A DNA stretch of 64,000 bases from an uncultured Candidatus Saccharibacteria bacterium (GCA_964364265.1 CAYILA010000004.1:9126-73125); one strand, 5' to 3'; shown: positions 19,209-29,665, numbered from the stretch's first letter. Made by a program: numbers and translations. Notes: generated from the letters alone by a model not told the origin.

Positions 19209-20627
19209 TTAACCTGCCGGGGCTTCGGCGGGAACATCGACCGGAGCATTCCGATGGTGTTCCAGATCGGCAAAGCGCATTTGCGAAGGATTGAAGAATA
19301 CCTGCAATTCGCCGGTCGGGCCGTTTCGGTGTTTCTTGATCAATACTTCGGTAATGCCCTTCTTCTCGGTATCAGGTTTGTAGTACTCCTCGCGATATAG
19401 GAACATCACGATGTCTGCATCCTGTTCGATCGAACCCGATTCTCTAAGGTCGGATAATTGCGGTCTTTTGTCGTCGCGGTGTTCCACCGCGCGAGAGAGC
19501 TGGGAGAGGGCGATCACCGGCACATTCAATTCCCGAGCCAAACCTTTTAACCCACGAGAAATCTCCGAAATTTCCTGGACTCTATTGTTGTCGCCCTTAC
19601 TGGAGTGCCCCTCCATCAACTGCAGATAATCAACCACAATCAAACCCAGGCCATGTTCCATCTGCAGGCGCCTTGCTTTGGCCCGAATCTCCATCACATT
19701 GGCTCCCGGCGAGTCGTCGATAAATATCGGCGCTTCGGATAAAACACCCATGGCATACCCGATTTTTGGAAAATCCTCATCGGAGAGGTTTCCGGTTCGA
19801 AGTTTCCAGGAATCGACTCCGGCCTGCGATGACAAAAGCCGATCGACAAGTTGTTCTTTACTCATTTCAAGTGAAAATACCCCGACCGGCACTTTCTCCT
19901 CGATCGCGGCGTGTTCGGCCAAGTTTAGAGCGAATGAAGTCTTACCCATCGAAGGACGCGCTGCGATAATTATCAAATCGGATTTCTGAAAACCGGCCGT
20001 TTTACTGTCCAGATCCTTAAATCCGGAGGGGATGCCACGGAGCGCTCCCTTATCCTTGTCGCGGTGGATTCTATCAATTCGGTCAAATGCTTCGGTCAGG
20101 ACATCACGAATCGGCTGGAATTTATCCTTTAGAAATTTTTGGGAAACGGCAAAGAGCGACTGTTCCGATTTATCAAGCGTCTGGGCGATCTCCTCATCCT
20201 CCTCGTAACCCATTTCGGCGATGCGGCTCCCGGCTGTAATCAAGCGGCGCAAAATCGCCTTGTCCCGAACAATTTGGGCGTAGTGGACAATGTTGGTGGC
20301 GGTCGGGGTTGAATTGACAATATCAGCTAGATAACCCGATCCGCCGGTTTCCTTGATCTTACCCTCCGCCTCCAGTATTTCTGAAAGTGTCACGATATCA
20401 ACCGGCATCCGCTTATCAAAAAGTTTCAGCATCGCTTCGAAGATGATAGAGTGGCGGCTCTCATAAAAATCATCGGCAATCAGAATATCAATCACTTTGA
20501 TAATGGCGTCTTTGTCCAGCAAAATAGCGCCCAAGACGCTTCGCTCCGCCTCCGGATTCTGCGGTGGCATCCGTAAACCACCGTATTTCGTGTTTCTCTC
20601 TGAATTTTGTTCTTTTCCTCGAGCCAC
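19209..20627 (-). CDS. dnaB: Replicative DNA helicase
   Basis: PPQNPEAERSVLG, AARPSMGKT, VDYLQLM, SDLRESGSIEQDAD; GTG 20627 has AAGGAG RBS. Confidence 0.98.
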   Translation of the reverse strand: MARGKEQNSERNTKYGGLRMPPQNPEAERSVLGAILLDKDAIIKVIDILIADDFYESRHSIIFEAMLKLFDKRMPVDIVTLSEILEAEGKIKETGGSGYLADIVNSTPTATNIVHYAQIVRDKAILRRLITAGSRIAEMGYEEDEEIAQTLDKSEQSLFAVSQKFLKDKFQPIRDVLTEAFDRIDRIHRDKDKGALRGIPSGFKDLDSKTAGFQKSDLIIIAARPSMGKTSFALNLAEHAAIEEKVPVGVFSLEMSKEQLVDRLLSSQAGVDSWKLRTGNLSDEDFPKIGYAMGVLSEAPIFIDDSPGANVMEIRAKARRLQMEHGLGLIVVDYLQLMEGHSSKGDNNRVQEISEISRGLKGLARELNVPVIALSQLSRAVEHRDDKRPQLSDLRESGSIEQDADIVMFLYREEYYKPDTEKKGITEVLIKKHRNGPTGELQVFFNPSQMRFADLEHHRNAPVDVPAEAPAG

Positions 20628-20647
20628 AACTCTCCTTATCTGGACAA

Positions 20648-20783
20648 AATAAATCCTAAGTACTAAATCCGAAATCCTAAACAAATTCCAATGTTCGAAT
20701 TACTAAATCAAAACAACTTTATTTTTGAATATTATTATTATTTTGAATTTTTTTAGGATTTAGAAATTAGAATTTAGAGTTTG
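20648..20783. repeat. CTAAATC/GATTTAG heptamer inverted array
   Basis: aaatcctaagtactaaatccgaaatcctaaacaaatt ... taggatttagaaattagaatttagagttt; sister copy at 22549-22660. Confidence 0.8.
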
Positions 20784-20793
20784 TTCTTTGATA

Positions 20794-22533
20794 CTATATA
20801 ACCTCGAACACTTCCCCTACCGCTTTCTGTAATTCGTCATCGCTGGCCGGCTTCGCATCAATCTTTTTCCCGTCCATAAGTTCGCACCCTATTATACACT
20901 TTAAACCGGTAACATCATTCCAAATTTTTTCTAAAATCTGGCGATTTTTCACCTCCGATATCCGATCCTTGTGGAATTTGAATTTCACGCCCAAAACAAT
21001 TTTTTCGTTGCTGACCGTCAATGGTTTGGCGTCGCGGAGCAGTGCCGCCAGCGAGTTATTTTCCTTTTTGGTGGCATCGATTACCTTCTGCCAAAGATCG
21101 CCTGTCATCTCAAAAACCGGCGCCGGTGCTAGATCAGAATTGTTCAATTGCCCCAAAGGGGACTCTTCGGGTCTCATTGCTGAATTGTTGTCAGTAACAT
21201 CAGATTGTTTGGCTCCCGATTTCTTTTCGCTGTCATTGCGAGCCGTAGGCGCGGCAATCTTTTCTTCAGTTATGATAGATTGCTTCGTCGTTTCACTTCT
21301 CGCAATGACATCTTCTTTTAGCTTCTCCTTCTTTGGTTCTTCGGTTCCTCGGTTCTTCGGTTCTTCGATTTTTGAATCTTCCTCTTTTTGTTTTTCCTTC
21401 CTGGGCTGTTCCGCGTCCTTGGAATCCTCCCTTGATACTTGATACTTGATACTTGATACTTCTATGTTCGTCAACTCCACCACCGCCATCTCCAACGGCA
21501 AAATCGGGTTTGAGAGATCGCGGAGCAATCTCCCGCTTCCGATGAAGGTATCAATTGCTTTTTTGACCGTCTCATAATCGCAGTCAGAGGCCAATTTTTT
21601 GATTCTCTCGGTCCGCTCTTTCGTTTCCTCGAACAAGACACTGCCTGAAATTTGGTAAAGAAGTATTTTTCGCAGTGCTTCAATTACTTCGCGGATAAAC
21701 TGACTCGGATCGACTCCCTGTTCGTACAATTTTGAAATGATCGAAAGTCCTTTTTTCTGCTCTTTTGAAATTATCGCCTCGATCAGATCGAGGGCGCTCT
21801 CGCCGAATGATAGTCCCAGGAGGTTTTCGGCATCCTCTTTACTGATCTTACCGCCAAAACCGGCGACCTGCTCGAACAAGACGACTGAATCGCGAAAACC
21901 GCCCGCCGCCGCCGTGGCGATAGCGTCAAGCGCTCCGTCGTCTATGCTGATTTTCTCGGCCCTGGCTATCATTTTCAAATTTTTTATAATGTCCTCCTTG
22001 CCGACCCGCTTAAAATCGTAGCGCTGGGTCCGGGAGATGATAGTCGAAGGCAGTTTATGAATTTCGGTCGTCGCCAGGATGAAGACGACATGATCCGGCG
22101 GCTCCTCCAGCGTTTTGAGCAAGGCATTGAATGCCCCCTTCGAGAGCATATGAACTTCGTCGATGATATAAATCTTTTTGGAGGCCGAGGTCGGCGCCAA
22201 GCGGGCTTTGTCGATGATATCGCGGATATTGTCGACTCCCGTATGGGAGGCGGCGTCAATTTCGATTACATCAAGGGCGCTTCCGACCGCAATGGCCAGG
22301 CATTGATCGCACTTGTCGCAGGGTTCTCCGACCGCCAAATCCAAATTTTGGCAGTTGATCGCCTTAGCCAGAAGTCGGGCAGTGGTCGTCTTGCCGGTTC
22401 CGCGCGGACCGGTTAAGAGAAAGGCATGGGAAAGCCGGCCTAACTTGATTGCCGCCAGCAGGGTTTTACTGATGTGATCCTGGCCGATCAGGTCGGAGAA
22501 CTTTTGAGGACGGTATTTTTGATAAAAAGCCAT
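20794..22533 (-). CDS. dnaX: DNA polymerase III subunit gamma/tau; linker built from repeat elements
   Basis: YRPQKFSDLIGQ, GPRGTGKTT, zinc-binding CDKC, IIDEVHML, LKTLEEPP. Confidence 0.98.
   Translation of the reverse strand: MAFYQKYRPQKFSDLIGQDHISKTLLAAIKLGRLSHAFLLTGPRGTGKTTTARLLAKAINCQNLDLAVGEPCDKCDQCLAIAVGSALDVIEIDAASHTGVDNIRDIIDKARLAPTSASKKIYIIDEVHMLSKGAFNALLKTLEEPPDHVVFILATTEIHKLPSTIISRTQRYDFKRVGKEDIIKNLKMIARAEKISIDDGALDAIATAAAGGFRDSVVLFEQVAGFGGKISKEDAENLLGLSFGESALDLIEAIISKEQKKGLSIISKLYEQGVDPSQFIREVIEALRKILLYQISGSVLFEETKERTERIKKLASDCDYETVKKAIDTFIGSGRLLRDLSNPILPLEMAVVELTNIEVSSIKYQVSREDSKDAEQPRKEKQKEEDSKIEEPKNRGTEEPKKEKLKEDVIARSETTKQSIITEEKIAAPTARNDSEKKSGAKQSDVTDNNSAMRPEESPLGQLNNSDLAPAPVFEMTGDLWQKVIDATKKENNSLAALLRDAKPLTVSNEKIVLGVKFKFHKDRISEVKNRQILEKIWNDVTGLKCIIGCELMDGKKIDAKPASDDELQKAVGEVFEVI
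21232..21309. repeat. GTCATTGCGAG...CTCGCAATGAC palindromic element, in frame in dnaX
   Basis: 78-nt element encoding VIARSETTKQSIITEEKIAAPTARND. Confidence 0.9.
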
Positions 22534-22548
22534 ATTGAAATTTCCAGT

Positions 22549-22660
22549 AAATTCTAAGCACTAAATCCTAAGCTCTAAACAAATTAACAATTATTCAAAT
22601 TACAATAAACAATAAATATTTTGGATTTAATTAGGATTTAGAAATTAGGATTTAGGATTT
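22549..22660. repeat. CTAAATC/GATTTAG heptamer inverted array
   Basis: aaattctaagcactaaatcctaagctctaaacaaatt ... ttaggatttagaaattaggatttaggattt. Confidence 0.8.
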
Positions 22661-22805
22661 GTTCACCTGTTCAATTGTTAGACATTAGTCAGTGTCCTAA
22701 CACTACCACAAACTTATATATTATTTTACGACTTTATATCAACAAAGAATCCACAGGGTTATAAACACTAGCGAATAAGCTACTATCAATAACCTTCTGC
22801 TCTTT

Positions 22806-22880
22806 GCTTACCTGGCCCGGGCCAAAGGCCTCCCTTCGGGAAAGGGCACCCTTTGGGTCTTACATGCTTACCTGCTTACT
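22806..22880. repeat. gcttac octamer array with nested double hairpin
   Basis: gccaaaggcctcccttcgggaaagggcaccctttggg; reverse complement resembles 36342-36379. Confidence 0.7.
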
Positions 22881-22957
22881 ATATTTCCCCTTTTTTCCAC
22901 ACAAAACAATTGTTATATTATTGCTTTTAATGCTACAATACTTTTGGAGGGGAAGTA

Positions 22958-25375
22958 ATGACAAGAAAAGAGCTGGCGCGAGAAATCGCCCAAAAAAGCG
23001 GACTAAGCTACAACCAGGCCGAAAGTTTGGTTGTCGCTTTAGGCGATGTAATCAGAGAGTGCTTGGCCAAAGGCGACCGAGTCGTCTATTCTAATTTTGG
23101 CACTTTTTACACCGTCCACTACCCCTCAAAAGTGATCAACCACCCCAAATACGGGGCCCAAAAGAAGATAATAATGCTGCCGACCAATGTCGCTAAGTGG
23201 ATGCCCTCGGGAAACATCAAAAGCATGGTCGGTCAAGGCGAAGAAAGGGAGTCTGTGACTGCCCACGGTTTGAAGGGCGTCAAAAAGGCCGAACCGATTT
23301 CAAGCCCGAATCAGGAGTCAAATTTCAGTCAAAATTACTTCCGCAACGACCCGGAAAACTCAAATGATGAAAATAATAATCCCGACCTATCAAATACTGG
23401 CCGGATGACACCGGCATCCGAAGAACAACCAAAAACCAATGCCAATGTTTATGAAGAACTGATGAATGACGGCGGCCGCGAGGAAGCGACCTTTGACGGC
23501 GTAATCCGTCTACATGAGAGAAAACCGTTTTGGAAAAGAATCTTCCAAAAGGATTCCGAAACGACAGCCGACTCGGAGAGCCAGGGAATGGTCGGCTCCG
23601 GCATCTTCAATAAGGAAAACACCGAACTTCCCGATCACAATCCCTCCGCGCAACATCCGCCCGAACAACATACTTCAGCTTTTGCCAACCAACCTCATGA
23701 AGCGAAAGCTTACATCCAGCAACCGGCTTCCGGGCATACCGGGTTTGAATTTAGTCCCAAACCGGTTGATCCAACCGCTACAGCGGAACCAAAAGAACGA
23801 GATATGACTCCGTTCAAAGCGCCGGCCGGCCAGATTACCTATACCGATCTTTCCAGAAAAGTGGTGCCCAAAGAACTTCTCGCCAAAATTCCCGAGAAAA
23901 TCGCCCGCCAGTTTATGGCGGTGCCGGTCGAGGAAACTCCGACCGAGATGATTGTCGGCATGATCGATCCGGAGGATATTGAAGCGCGCGAATTAATAAA
24001 GAAATTAGTCCAAAAGACGGTTGTCCCGAAGCTGGCGACCGAGGAAGATGTCAACCACATTCTGGATCAATATCAGGGGCTGGAGTCCGAGGTCAAAGAG
24101 GCAATCGAGGAGGCGAAAGAAGAAGACGATCTGGTGATCAAGAAATCGGAGAATAGTAAAACCCTCTTTGATATCGCCGCCGACGACGCTCCGGCCGCCC
24201 GAATTGTCGGTTCGCTTCTGAAGCGGGCGATTCGCGATAAGGCCTCTGACATCCACATCGAACCGCTTGAAACCGAGATTCAGGTCCGGTTTCGAATTGA
24301 CGGCGTTTTGCAGAAGAAAATCACTCTGCCCAAGGATATCCTCTCGGCAGTCGTGTCGCGGGTCAAGATTATGTCAAACCTAAAAATCGACGAGCAACGG
24401 CTTCCCCAGGACGGTCGATTTTCAATCCATATGGATGAAAGGAAGGTTGATTTCCGTGTTTCAAGTATGCCGACCGCTTTCGGCGAAAAAGTTGTTATGA
24501 GAATATTGGATAAGATGACCGGTATTCTGACCGTCGAACAGCTCGGTCTGGAGGGCTCCGGCTTGGAGAAATTAAAAAACAATCTGGAGAAATCCCATGG
24601 CATGATTCTGGTGACCGGACCGACCGGTTCAGGCAAAACCACAACACTCTACGCCCTCATCGACCGACTCTTTGCCGAGGGAGTAAATATCGTAACCTTA
24701 GAGGATCCGATCGAATACCAGATTCCGGGTATCAATCAAAGCCAGGTCAATCCCGATATTAAATACACTTTTGCCAACGGCCTGCGCTCCATCGTCCGCC
24801 AGGACCCGGATATCATTATGATTGGCGAAATCCGCGACGGCGAGACGGCCGAGATGGCGGTCCAGTCGGCTCTGACCGGCCACATCGTCCTTTCTACGCT
24901 TCATACGAACGACGCCGCCGGCGCCTCCCCCCGACTGATCGATATGGGAGTCGAGCCGTTCCTGCTAACTTCATCCGCCAATGTGATTATCGGCCAAAGA
25001 TTGGCTCGAAAAATCTGTCCTGATTGTAAAGAACAGGTTACTTTGCCTGTGTCTGAAATTGAAAAGATTAAAGAGATTGTCAATAAAATGCCTGAAAAAG
25101 AGCGGACCGCAGTTTTAAGCAAGCCCCCCGTTTTCTATCACGGCAAGGGATGCAAAAGCTGTAACGATTCCGGCTATACCGGCCGGCTCGGTATCTTTGA
25201 GGCTCTGGAGATGACTGAAAAAGTCAAGGAGTCGATCTTAAAAAAAATATCATCCAGCCAAATCCAGGAACTGGCCATTTCGGAGGGAATGGTCACTATG
25301 ATCCAGGATGGCATAATCAAAGCCCTAAAGGGTATGACCTCAATCGATGAGGTCTGGAGAGTAACCAAGGACTAG
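22958..25375 (+). CDS. pilB: GspE/PilB-family pilus assembly ATPase with N-terminal HU/IHF-like domain
   Basis: N-term MTRKELAREIAQKSGLS...GDRVVYSNFGTF; C-term ASDIHIEP, GPTGSGKTTT, TLEDPIEY, RQDPDIIMIGEIRD, STLHTND, CPDC...CKSC. Confidence 0.95.
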   Translation: MTRKELAREIAQKSGLSYNQAESLVVALGDVIRECLAKGDRVVYSNFGTFYTVHYPSKVINHPKYGAQKKIIMLPTNVAKWMPSGNIKSMVGQGEERESVTAHGLKGVKKAEPISSPNQESNFSQNYFRNDPENSNDENNNPDLSNTGRMTPASEEQPKTNANVYEELMNDGGREEATFDGVIRLHERKPFWKRIFQKDSETTADSESQGMVGSGIFNKENTELPDHNPSAQHPPEQHTSAFANQPHEAKAYIQQPASGHTGFEFSPKPVDPTATAEPKERDMTPFKAPAGQITYTDLSRKVVPKELLAKIPEKIARQFMAVPVEETPTEMIVGMIDPEDIEARELIKKLVQKTVVPKLATEEDVNHILDQYQGLESEVKEAIEEAKEEDDLVIKKSENSKTLFDIAADDAPAARIVGSLLKRAIRDKASDIHIEPLETEIQVRFRIDGVLQKKITLPKDILSAVVSRVKIMSNLKIDEQRLPQDGRFSIHMDERKVDFRVSSMPTAFGEKVVMRILDKMTGILTVEQLGLEGSGLEKLKNNLEKSHGMILVTGPTGSGKTTTLYALIDRLFAEGVNIVTLEDPIEYQIPGINQSQVNPDIKYTFANGLRSIVRQDPDIIMIGEIRDGETAEMAVQSALTGHIVLSTLHTNDAAGASPRLIDMGVEPFLLTSSANVIIGQRLARKICPDCKEQVTLPVSEIEKIKEIVNKMPEKERTAVLSKPPVFYHGKGCKSCNDSGYTGRLGIFEALEMTEKVKESILKKISSSQIQELAISEGMVTMIQDGIIKALKGMTSIDEVWRVTKD

Positions 25376-25376
25376 G

Positions 25377-26567
25377 ATGCAATTCACATATTCCGCCAGA
25401 GACAATTTAAGCCAGATTAAAAAAGGCGCGATTGAGGCAACCGATCAAAACGCCGCTATTTCGGTTCTCCGCAGCCGGGGTCTTTATCCGATTGAAGTCA
25501 AGGCAACAAATGCGGGAAGAAAATGGTTTCACCGCAAAGTCGGTCTCAAAGACAAGATCATCTTCACCGATCAGCTTGAGATTATGATCCGGTCAGGCCT
25601 TTCAATCATTGAGGCCCTAAAATCAATGCGGGAGGAGACCGAAAATAAATACTTTGCCGGCCAGATTAACCAGATCGTCTCCGATGTCGAAGGCGGCGAG
25701 CCTCTCTCCGAAGCCCTCTCCAAACACCCCGACACCTTCAACGAAATCTATATCAATTTGGTAAAGTCCGGCGAACGCTCCGGCAAAGTCGATATCGTTT
25801 TAAAGAGATTGTCGGGACAACTGGAAAAGGATTACGAGCTAAACAGAAAAATCCGGGGAGCGATGGCTTATCCGGCCTTCGTCATGCTTGCCCTGGCAGC
25901 GGTTATGGTTTTAGTCCTTGTAGTTATCATTCCCCAACTGAAAGTTATTTTCGATGACGCCGGCGTCGAACTTCCGATTTTGACCCGCGCCATTATCAAA
26001 GCCAGCCAATTGATTGTTGACTATGGCCTTTATCTTCTGGTTATCGTAATTCTGTCGGTAATCGGTTTGTCGCGCTGGAGAAAGACCGATTCCGGCCGCC
26101 ATTTCTTTGATTCAATGGTCACGAAGATTCCAGTTATCGGCACGCTTTTAAAAAAATCATATATGGCTCGGTTCACCCGCACCTTTGCTTCGCTTGCCTC
26201 CTCCGGTTTACCTCTCTTGGAGATATTCAAGGTTACAAGCGGGGTAGTCGGAAATGTAATCTATAAAAAAGAGATCGATGAAATGGCCGTCAAAATTAAA
26301 AATGGCGTCAGCATCTCCAGGTCGCTCAAAGAAAGCAAACTGTTCCCGGGGGTGATTGCCCAGCTGGCCTCGGTTGGAGAAAAGTCCGGAAGTTTGGATG
26401 ATGTCTTTGATTCACTGGCCAACTTCTTCGACCGCGATGTCGATTCAATCACTTCCAATCTTTCAACGCTTCTTGAACCGGTTTTGTTGGTGATTATGGG
26501 CATCGGAATCGGCGCGATTATTATTTCCGTTCTTCAACCGATTTACGGCCTCGTCAATGCGATATAA
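25377..26567 (+). CDS. pilC: Type IV pilus platform protein PilC (T2SS F family)
   Basis: GERSGKVD, IRGAMAYP, GEKSGSLD, LLEPVL; two F domains. Confidence 0.95.
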   Translation: MQFTYSARDNLSQIKKGAIEATDQNAAISVLRSRGLYPIEVKATNAGRKWFHRKVGLKDKIIFTDQLEIMIRSGLSIIEALKSMREETENKYFAGQINQIVSDVEGGEPLSEALSKHPDTFNEIYINLVKSGERSGKVDIVLKRLSGQLEKDYELNRKIRGAMAYPAFVMLALAAVMVLVLVVIIPQLKVIFDDAGVELPILTRAIIKASQLIVDYGLYLLVIVILSVIGLSRWRKTDSGRHFFDSMVTKIPVIGTLLKKSYMARFTRTFASLASSGLPLLEIFKVTSGVVGNVIYKKEIDEMAVKIKNGVSISRSLKESKLFPGVIAQLASVGEKSGSLDDVFDSLANFFDRDVDSITSNLSTLLEPVLLVIMGIGIGAIIISVLQPIYGLVNAI

Positions 26568-26593
26568 TAAGTCAAAAGGTAAAAGTCACGAAT

Positions 26594-26657
26594 GTCATCC
26601 CGAGCGAGTATAACGAGCCGAGGGATCCCTCCGTTCGCTCCGCTCAGTCGGGATGAC
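26594..26657. repeat. GTCAT...ATGAC palindromic element inside a periodic array
   Basis: gtcatcccgagcgag...gagggatccctccg...gtcgggatgac; flanked by agtcaaaaggtaaaagtc / gactttatagactttcgact. Confidence 0.85.
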
Positions 26658-26748
26658 ACTAATGTATTACTTTAAGGACTTTATAGACTTTCGACTATAA
26701 TTTCATTAATGTTATAATTACCAATAGAAATGAATTGCTAGGAGGGTA

Positions 26749-27726
26749 ATGGGTATGTTTGGAGGCGAGGCTAGTTTCGGGCTTGATATCGGATTCGAAA
26801 CCCTAAAACTGGTCCAACTTAATAGAGGCAGAAACATCGCGCTTCGAGGAGCGGTTGATTTTCCGATTACCGCTCGCCTTTTGGAAAAAGACCGTTTCCG
26901 CGATAAGCAGGTTACCGCCGATATGATTAAAAAGGCCTGCGCCGCCGCAAAACCGCATCAGATCACAGCCAAAAAAATCATTTCAGCCCTTCCGGAAACC
27001 TTTGTTTTTTCAAAGACAATCCAAATGCCGAAAATGTCAGACAAAGAGTATCAAACCGCCGTTCCTTCGGAAGCGACCAAGTATCTGCCGATACCGATTG
27101 ACGAGGTCTATATTGATTACCAAAAGTTAATCGTCCACCCCGACGAACCTCTGATCGACCTTCTGCTTGTTGCCGCTCCAAAAAGATTGGTAGACGACTA
27201 TGTCGAGGTCGCCAAGATGGCCGGATGCGAACTGGCCGCTCTTGAAACAAAACCTCTCGCCGTCGGACGCGCCCTGATACCAGCCAGGAATAACCGCGGA
27301 ATCTTAATCTTGGAAATTGGAACCGAGGTTTCCCGCATTTCAATCTGGGATTCAGGCAAGATCCGCCTTGCCACCACCGTCGGTGTCGGTAAAAATCAGA
27401 TTGCCAATGCGGTCGGTATATCGCCCAATCAAGGGCTGAACGACGGCAGTTTTGAGGAGCCAATCCGAAAGAGCGGCGTCTTAAAGCCGATCATCGATGA
27501 GATCACTGTTACCATCCGCTATCACCAAAACCGCGACTATCATCCCAAACCGATTGAGGAGATTATGCTTTGCGGATCGGGATCAAAGTTCTTGGGCATC
27601 GACAAATTTATCCAATCCGAAACAAAAATCAAAACCAATATCATATCGCCCCATCTCTCGGGCGACAGTAAATTGGACACCAGTTTTACCACCGCTTATG
27701 GTTTGGCCTTAAGAAAAGAGATCTGA
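26749..27726 (+). CDS. pilM: Type IV pilus assembly protein PilM
   Basis: FGLDIG, YLPIPIDEVYIDY, LLVAAPK, TAYGLALR; actin-like fold. Confidence 0.93.
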   Translation: MGMFGGEASFGLDIGFETLKLVQLNRGRNIALRGAVDFPITARLLEKDRFRDKQVTADMIKKACAAAKPHQITAKKIISALPETFVFSKTIQMPKMSDKEYQTAVPSEATKYLPIPIDEVYIDYQKLIVHPDEPLIDLLLVAAPKRLVDDYVEVAKMAGCELAALETKPLAVGRALIPARNNRGILILEIGTEVSRISIWDSGKIRLATTVGVGKNQIANAVGISPNQGLNDGSFEEPIRKSGVLKPIIDEITVTIRYHQNRDYHPKPIEEIMLCGSGSKFLGIDKFIQSETKIKTNIISPHLSGDSKLDTSFTTAYGLALRKEI

Positions 27727-28265
27727 TGTCAGTCAACATCCTGCCGCCACAAATTAAACAGGAGAAAGAAACCGGCAAAAAAATCCGCCGCTCGATTTTC
27801 TACGTTTTTTTATTGACTATTTTGCTCCTGGTGATTGGAGGCGGACTATACTTATACAATCTGGAGCTCGGTCTGAAAATCCAAAACTTAAACAGCCGTC
27901 AAGACCAATTAGCCAAGGACGCTAAACAATACGAACAGGTCGCCACCCAAATCGCTACTATCAATAAAAAACTGACCAAGATTGACGATATCAATAAAAA
28001 CCGTATCATCTGGAGTCTGATTCTTTCCAATATGGCCCGCTCCACCCCCACCCAGGTCAAACTTTCTACGCTTTCTCTTGATAAGAGTACTAAAAAAGTT
28101 ACCATGACCGGAGAGGCGGAATCTCGCATGGAAATAGCCAGATTTAAGGAGAAATTAGAAAGTTCCGATTATTTTAAAAATGTGATCTTCTCTTCATCGT
28201 CACACAATCAACAGGAAGATAATTTTACATTCAATCTAACCGCCGAATTGGAGAAAACAAACTGA
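27726..28265 (+). CDS. pilN: PilN domain protein
   Basis: VNILP motif, TM helix, coiled coil; follows pilM. Confidence 0.88.
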   Translation: MSVNILPPQIKQEKETGKKIRRSIFYVFLLTILLLVIGGGLYLYNLELGLKIQNLNSRQDQLAKDAKQYEQVATQIATINKKLTKIDDINKNRIIWSLILSNMARSTPTQVKLSTLSLDKSTKKVTMTGEAESRMEIARFKEKLESSDYFKNVIFSSSSHNQQEDNFTFNLTAELEKTN

Positions 28266-28861
28266 TGAAAGTATTCGGTTTTACAAAAAAATATTTTATC
28301 TTTGTCGCTTTGCTTTCGCTTTTTTTGGGCGGAGTGGTTTGGTTTGGTGTCGTCGCCCAGATCCAGACCATTATTTCGAACAATACTCTTATCAAGCAAA
28401 AAATCAGCGACAACACAAAGACCGAGGAGCGGATCGCCAAGTTGAAAGAGGCAAGTTCTAATTCTGCCGAGGTTACAAAAGCTTTTGACACAGTCAACAA
28501 TCTTTGGCCGGACAAAGAAGATGTCAGCAAGTTCATCGTTCAATCGGAGGGTTTGGCCTCGGAGAAACAAATCGTATTAGATAGTATCACTGTCGCCGAA
28601 ATGGTTGTCAAAGATACCAAAAGCACTGCTAAAACCAGTAAGGACGCCGAATCAATCGACAGCTCTGTTTCTAAAAAAGTTACCAAGGAAACCGGTATTA
28701 AATTTTCTTTTCAAACCGTAGCTCCCTACAACCAACTATTTGATTTTATCGTCGGCATGGAACGGCTAGCCAGATTTAACTCCGAAAGCCAGATCAGCAT
28801 TTCAGGGGCGGCTGGTAATGAATTAACCTTGCGATTAACCGGCTATATCTATGCAAAATAA
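28265..28861 (+). CDS. pilO: PilO-like protein
   Basis: TM helix, coiled coil, YNQLFDFIVGMERLAR; follows pilN. Confidence 0.78.
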   Translation: MKVFGFTKKYFIFVALLSLFLGGVVWFGVVAQIQTIISNNTLIKQKISDNTKTEERIAKLKEASSNSAEVTKAFDTVNNLWPDKEDVSKFIVQSEGLASEKQIVLDSITVAEMVVKDTKSTAKTSKDAESIDSSVSKKVTKETGIKFSFQTVAPYNQLFDFIVGMERLARFNSESQISISGAAGNELTLRLTGYIYAK

Positions 28862-29099
28862 GTTACCAAAAAACATATTGGCGGTTGTCCTGATTTTGGC
28901 GCTTTTAGGAAGCGTTTATTTCGCCTACACCAAAATGTATCCCAAGAAGAAAACCGCCACGGGGAGCACCGATACCTCCAGCTATCAAATCAACAACAAC
29001 ATCTATAAAAGCATCGCCAACCCGAAGGACTTTGGCGGCGCAATCTCGACTGATGCCGCCGGATTCGGACGGGAAAATCCCTTCGCCGATTACAAATAA
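28851..29099 (+). CDS. Small membrane-anchored protein at the PilP position
   Basis: N-terminal TM, C-terminal GRENPF; overlaps pilO stop. Confidence 0.7.
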   Translation: MQNKLPKNILAVVLILALLGSVYFAYTKMYPKKKTATGSTDTSSYQINNNIYKSIANPKDFGGAISTDAAGFGRENPFADYK

Positions 29100-29100
29100 T

Positions 29101-29178
29101 AAATACGGATGACGAATCATAAGGATAACTAATAACAAATCTGTTATTCGTCATCCCAATAATCTGTTATCCGTATTT
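29101..29178. repeat. ACGGAT/ATCCGT inverted array between convergent genes
   Basis: aaatacggatgacgaat ... attcgtcatcc ... atccgtattt. Confidence 0.6.
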
Positions 29179-29621
29179 TATGAATCCTTTACTTCTTCAG
29201 CCGGATATTCCTCTCTCGTCTCCTCTTTTGCGGGTTCTGCGGCTGCACCGCCGGCCTTGCCAAGTGATTCCTCTATCTTCTTGACTACATCGCCGGGCAT
29301 AATATCGCTTTTGATAAGGTAGTCATCCCCCGGCTTCATCATCTCCTTTACCTTGTCAATCTCGCGGACCAGGGCGGTCAGAAGAATTATCGGGATATGG
29401 GCGATCTCGTGATTGGCTCTGACCTTTTTCATAACATCGATGCCGTTCATCTTCGGCATCATAATGTCGAGCAGGATCAGATCGGGTTTTTCTTTTTCGA
29501 TCTTTTCGTATGTTTCTTCGCCGTCGGCGGCCGAAACCACGGTGTAACCGCCCTCCTTTAATCGGGTCTCATACATTTCTTTTAAGATCATATCATCATC
29601 CGCAATCAATATTTTAGCCAT
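29178..29621 (-). CDS. Single-domain response regulator
   Basis: KILIADDD, PDLILLDIMMPKMNG, PIILLT. Confidence 0.95.
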   Translation of the reverse strand: MAKILIADDDMILKEMYETRLKEGGYTVVSAADGEETYEKIEKEKPDLILLDIMMPKMNGIDVMKKVRANHEIAHIPIILLTALVREIDKVKEMMKPGDDYLIKSDIMPGDVVKKIEESLGKAGGAAAEPAKEETREEYPAEEVKDS

Positions 29622-29665
29622 ATTCCTCCCAAAAGTTTAATTGCCTTCATTATACACCAAAACAA

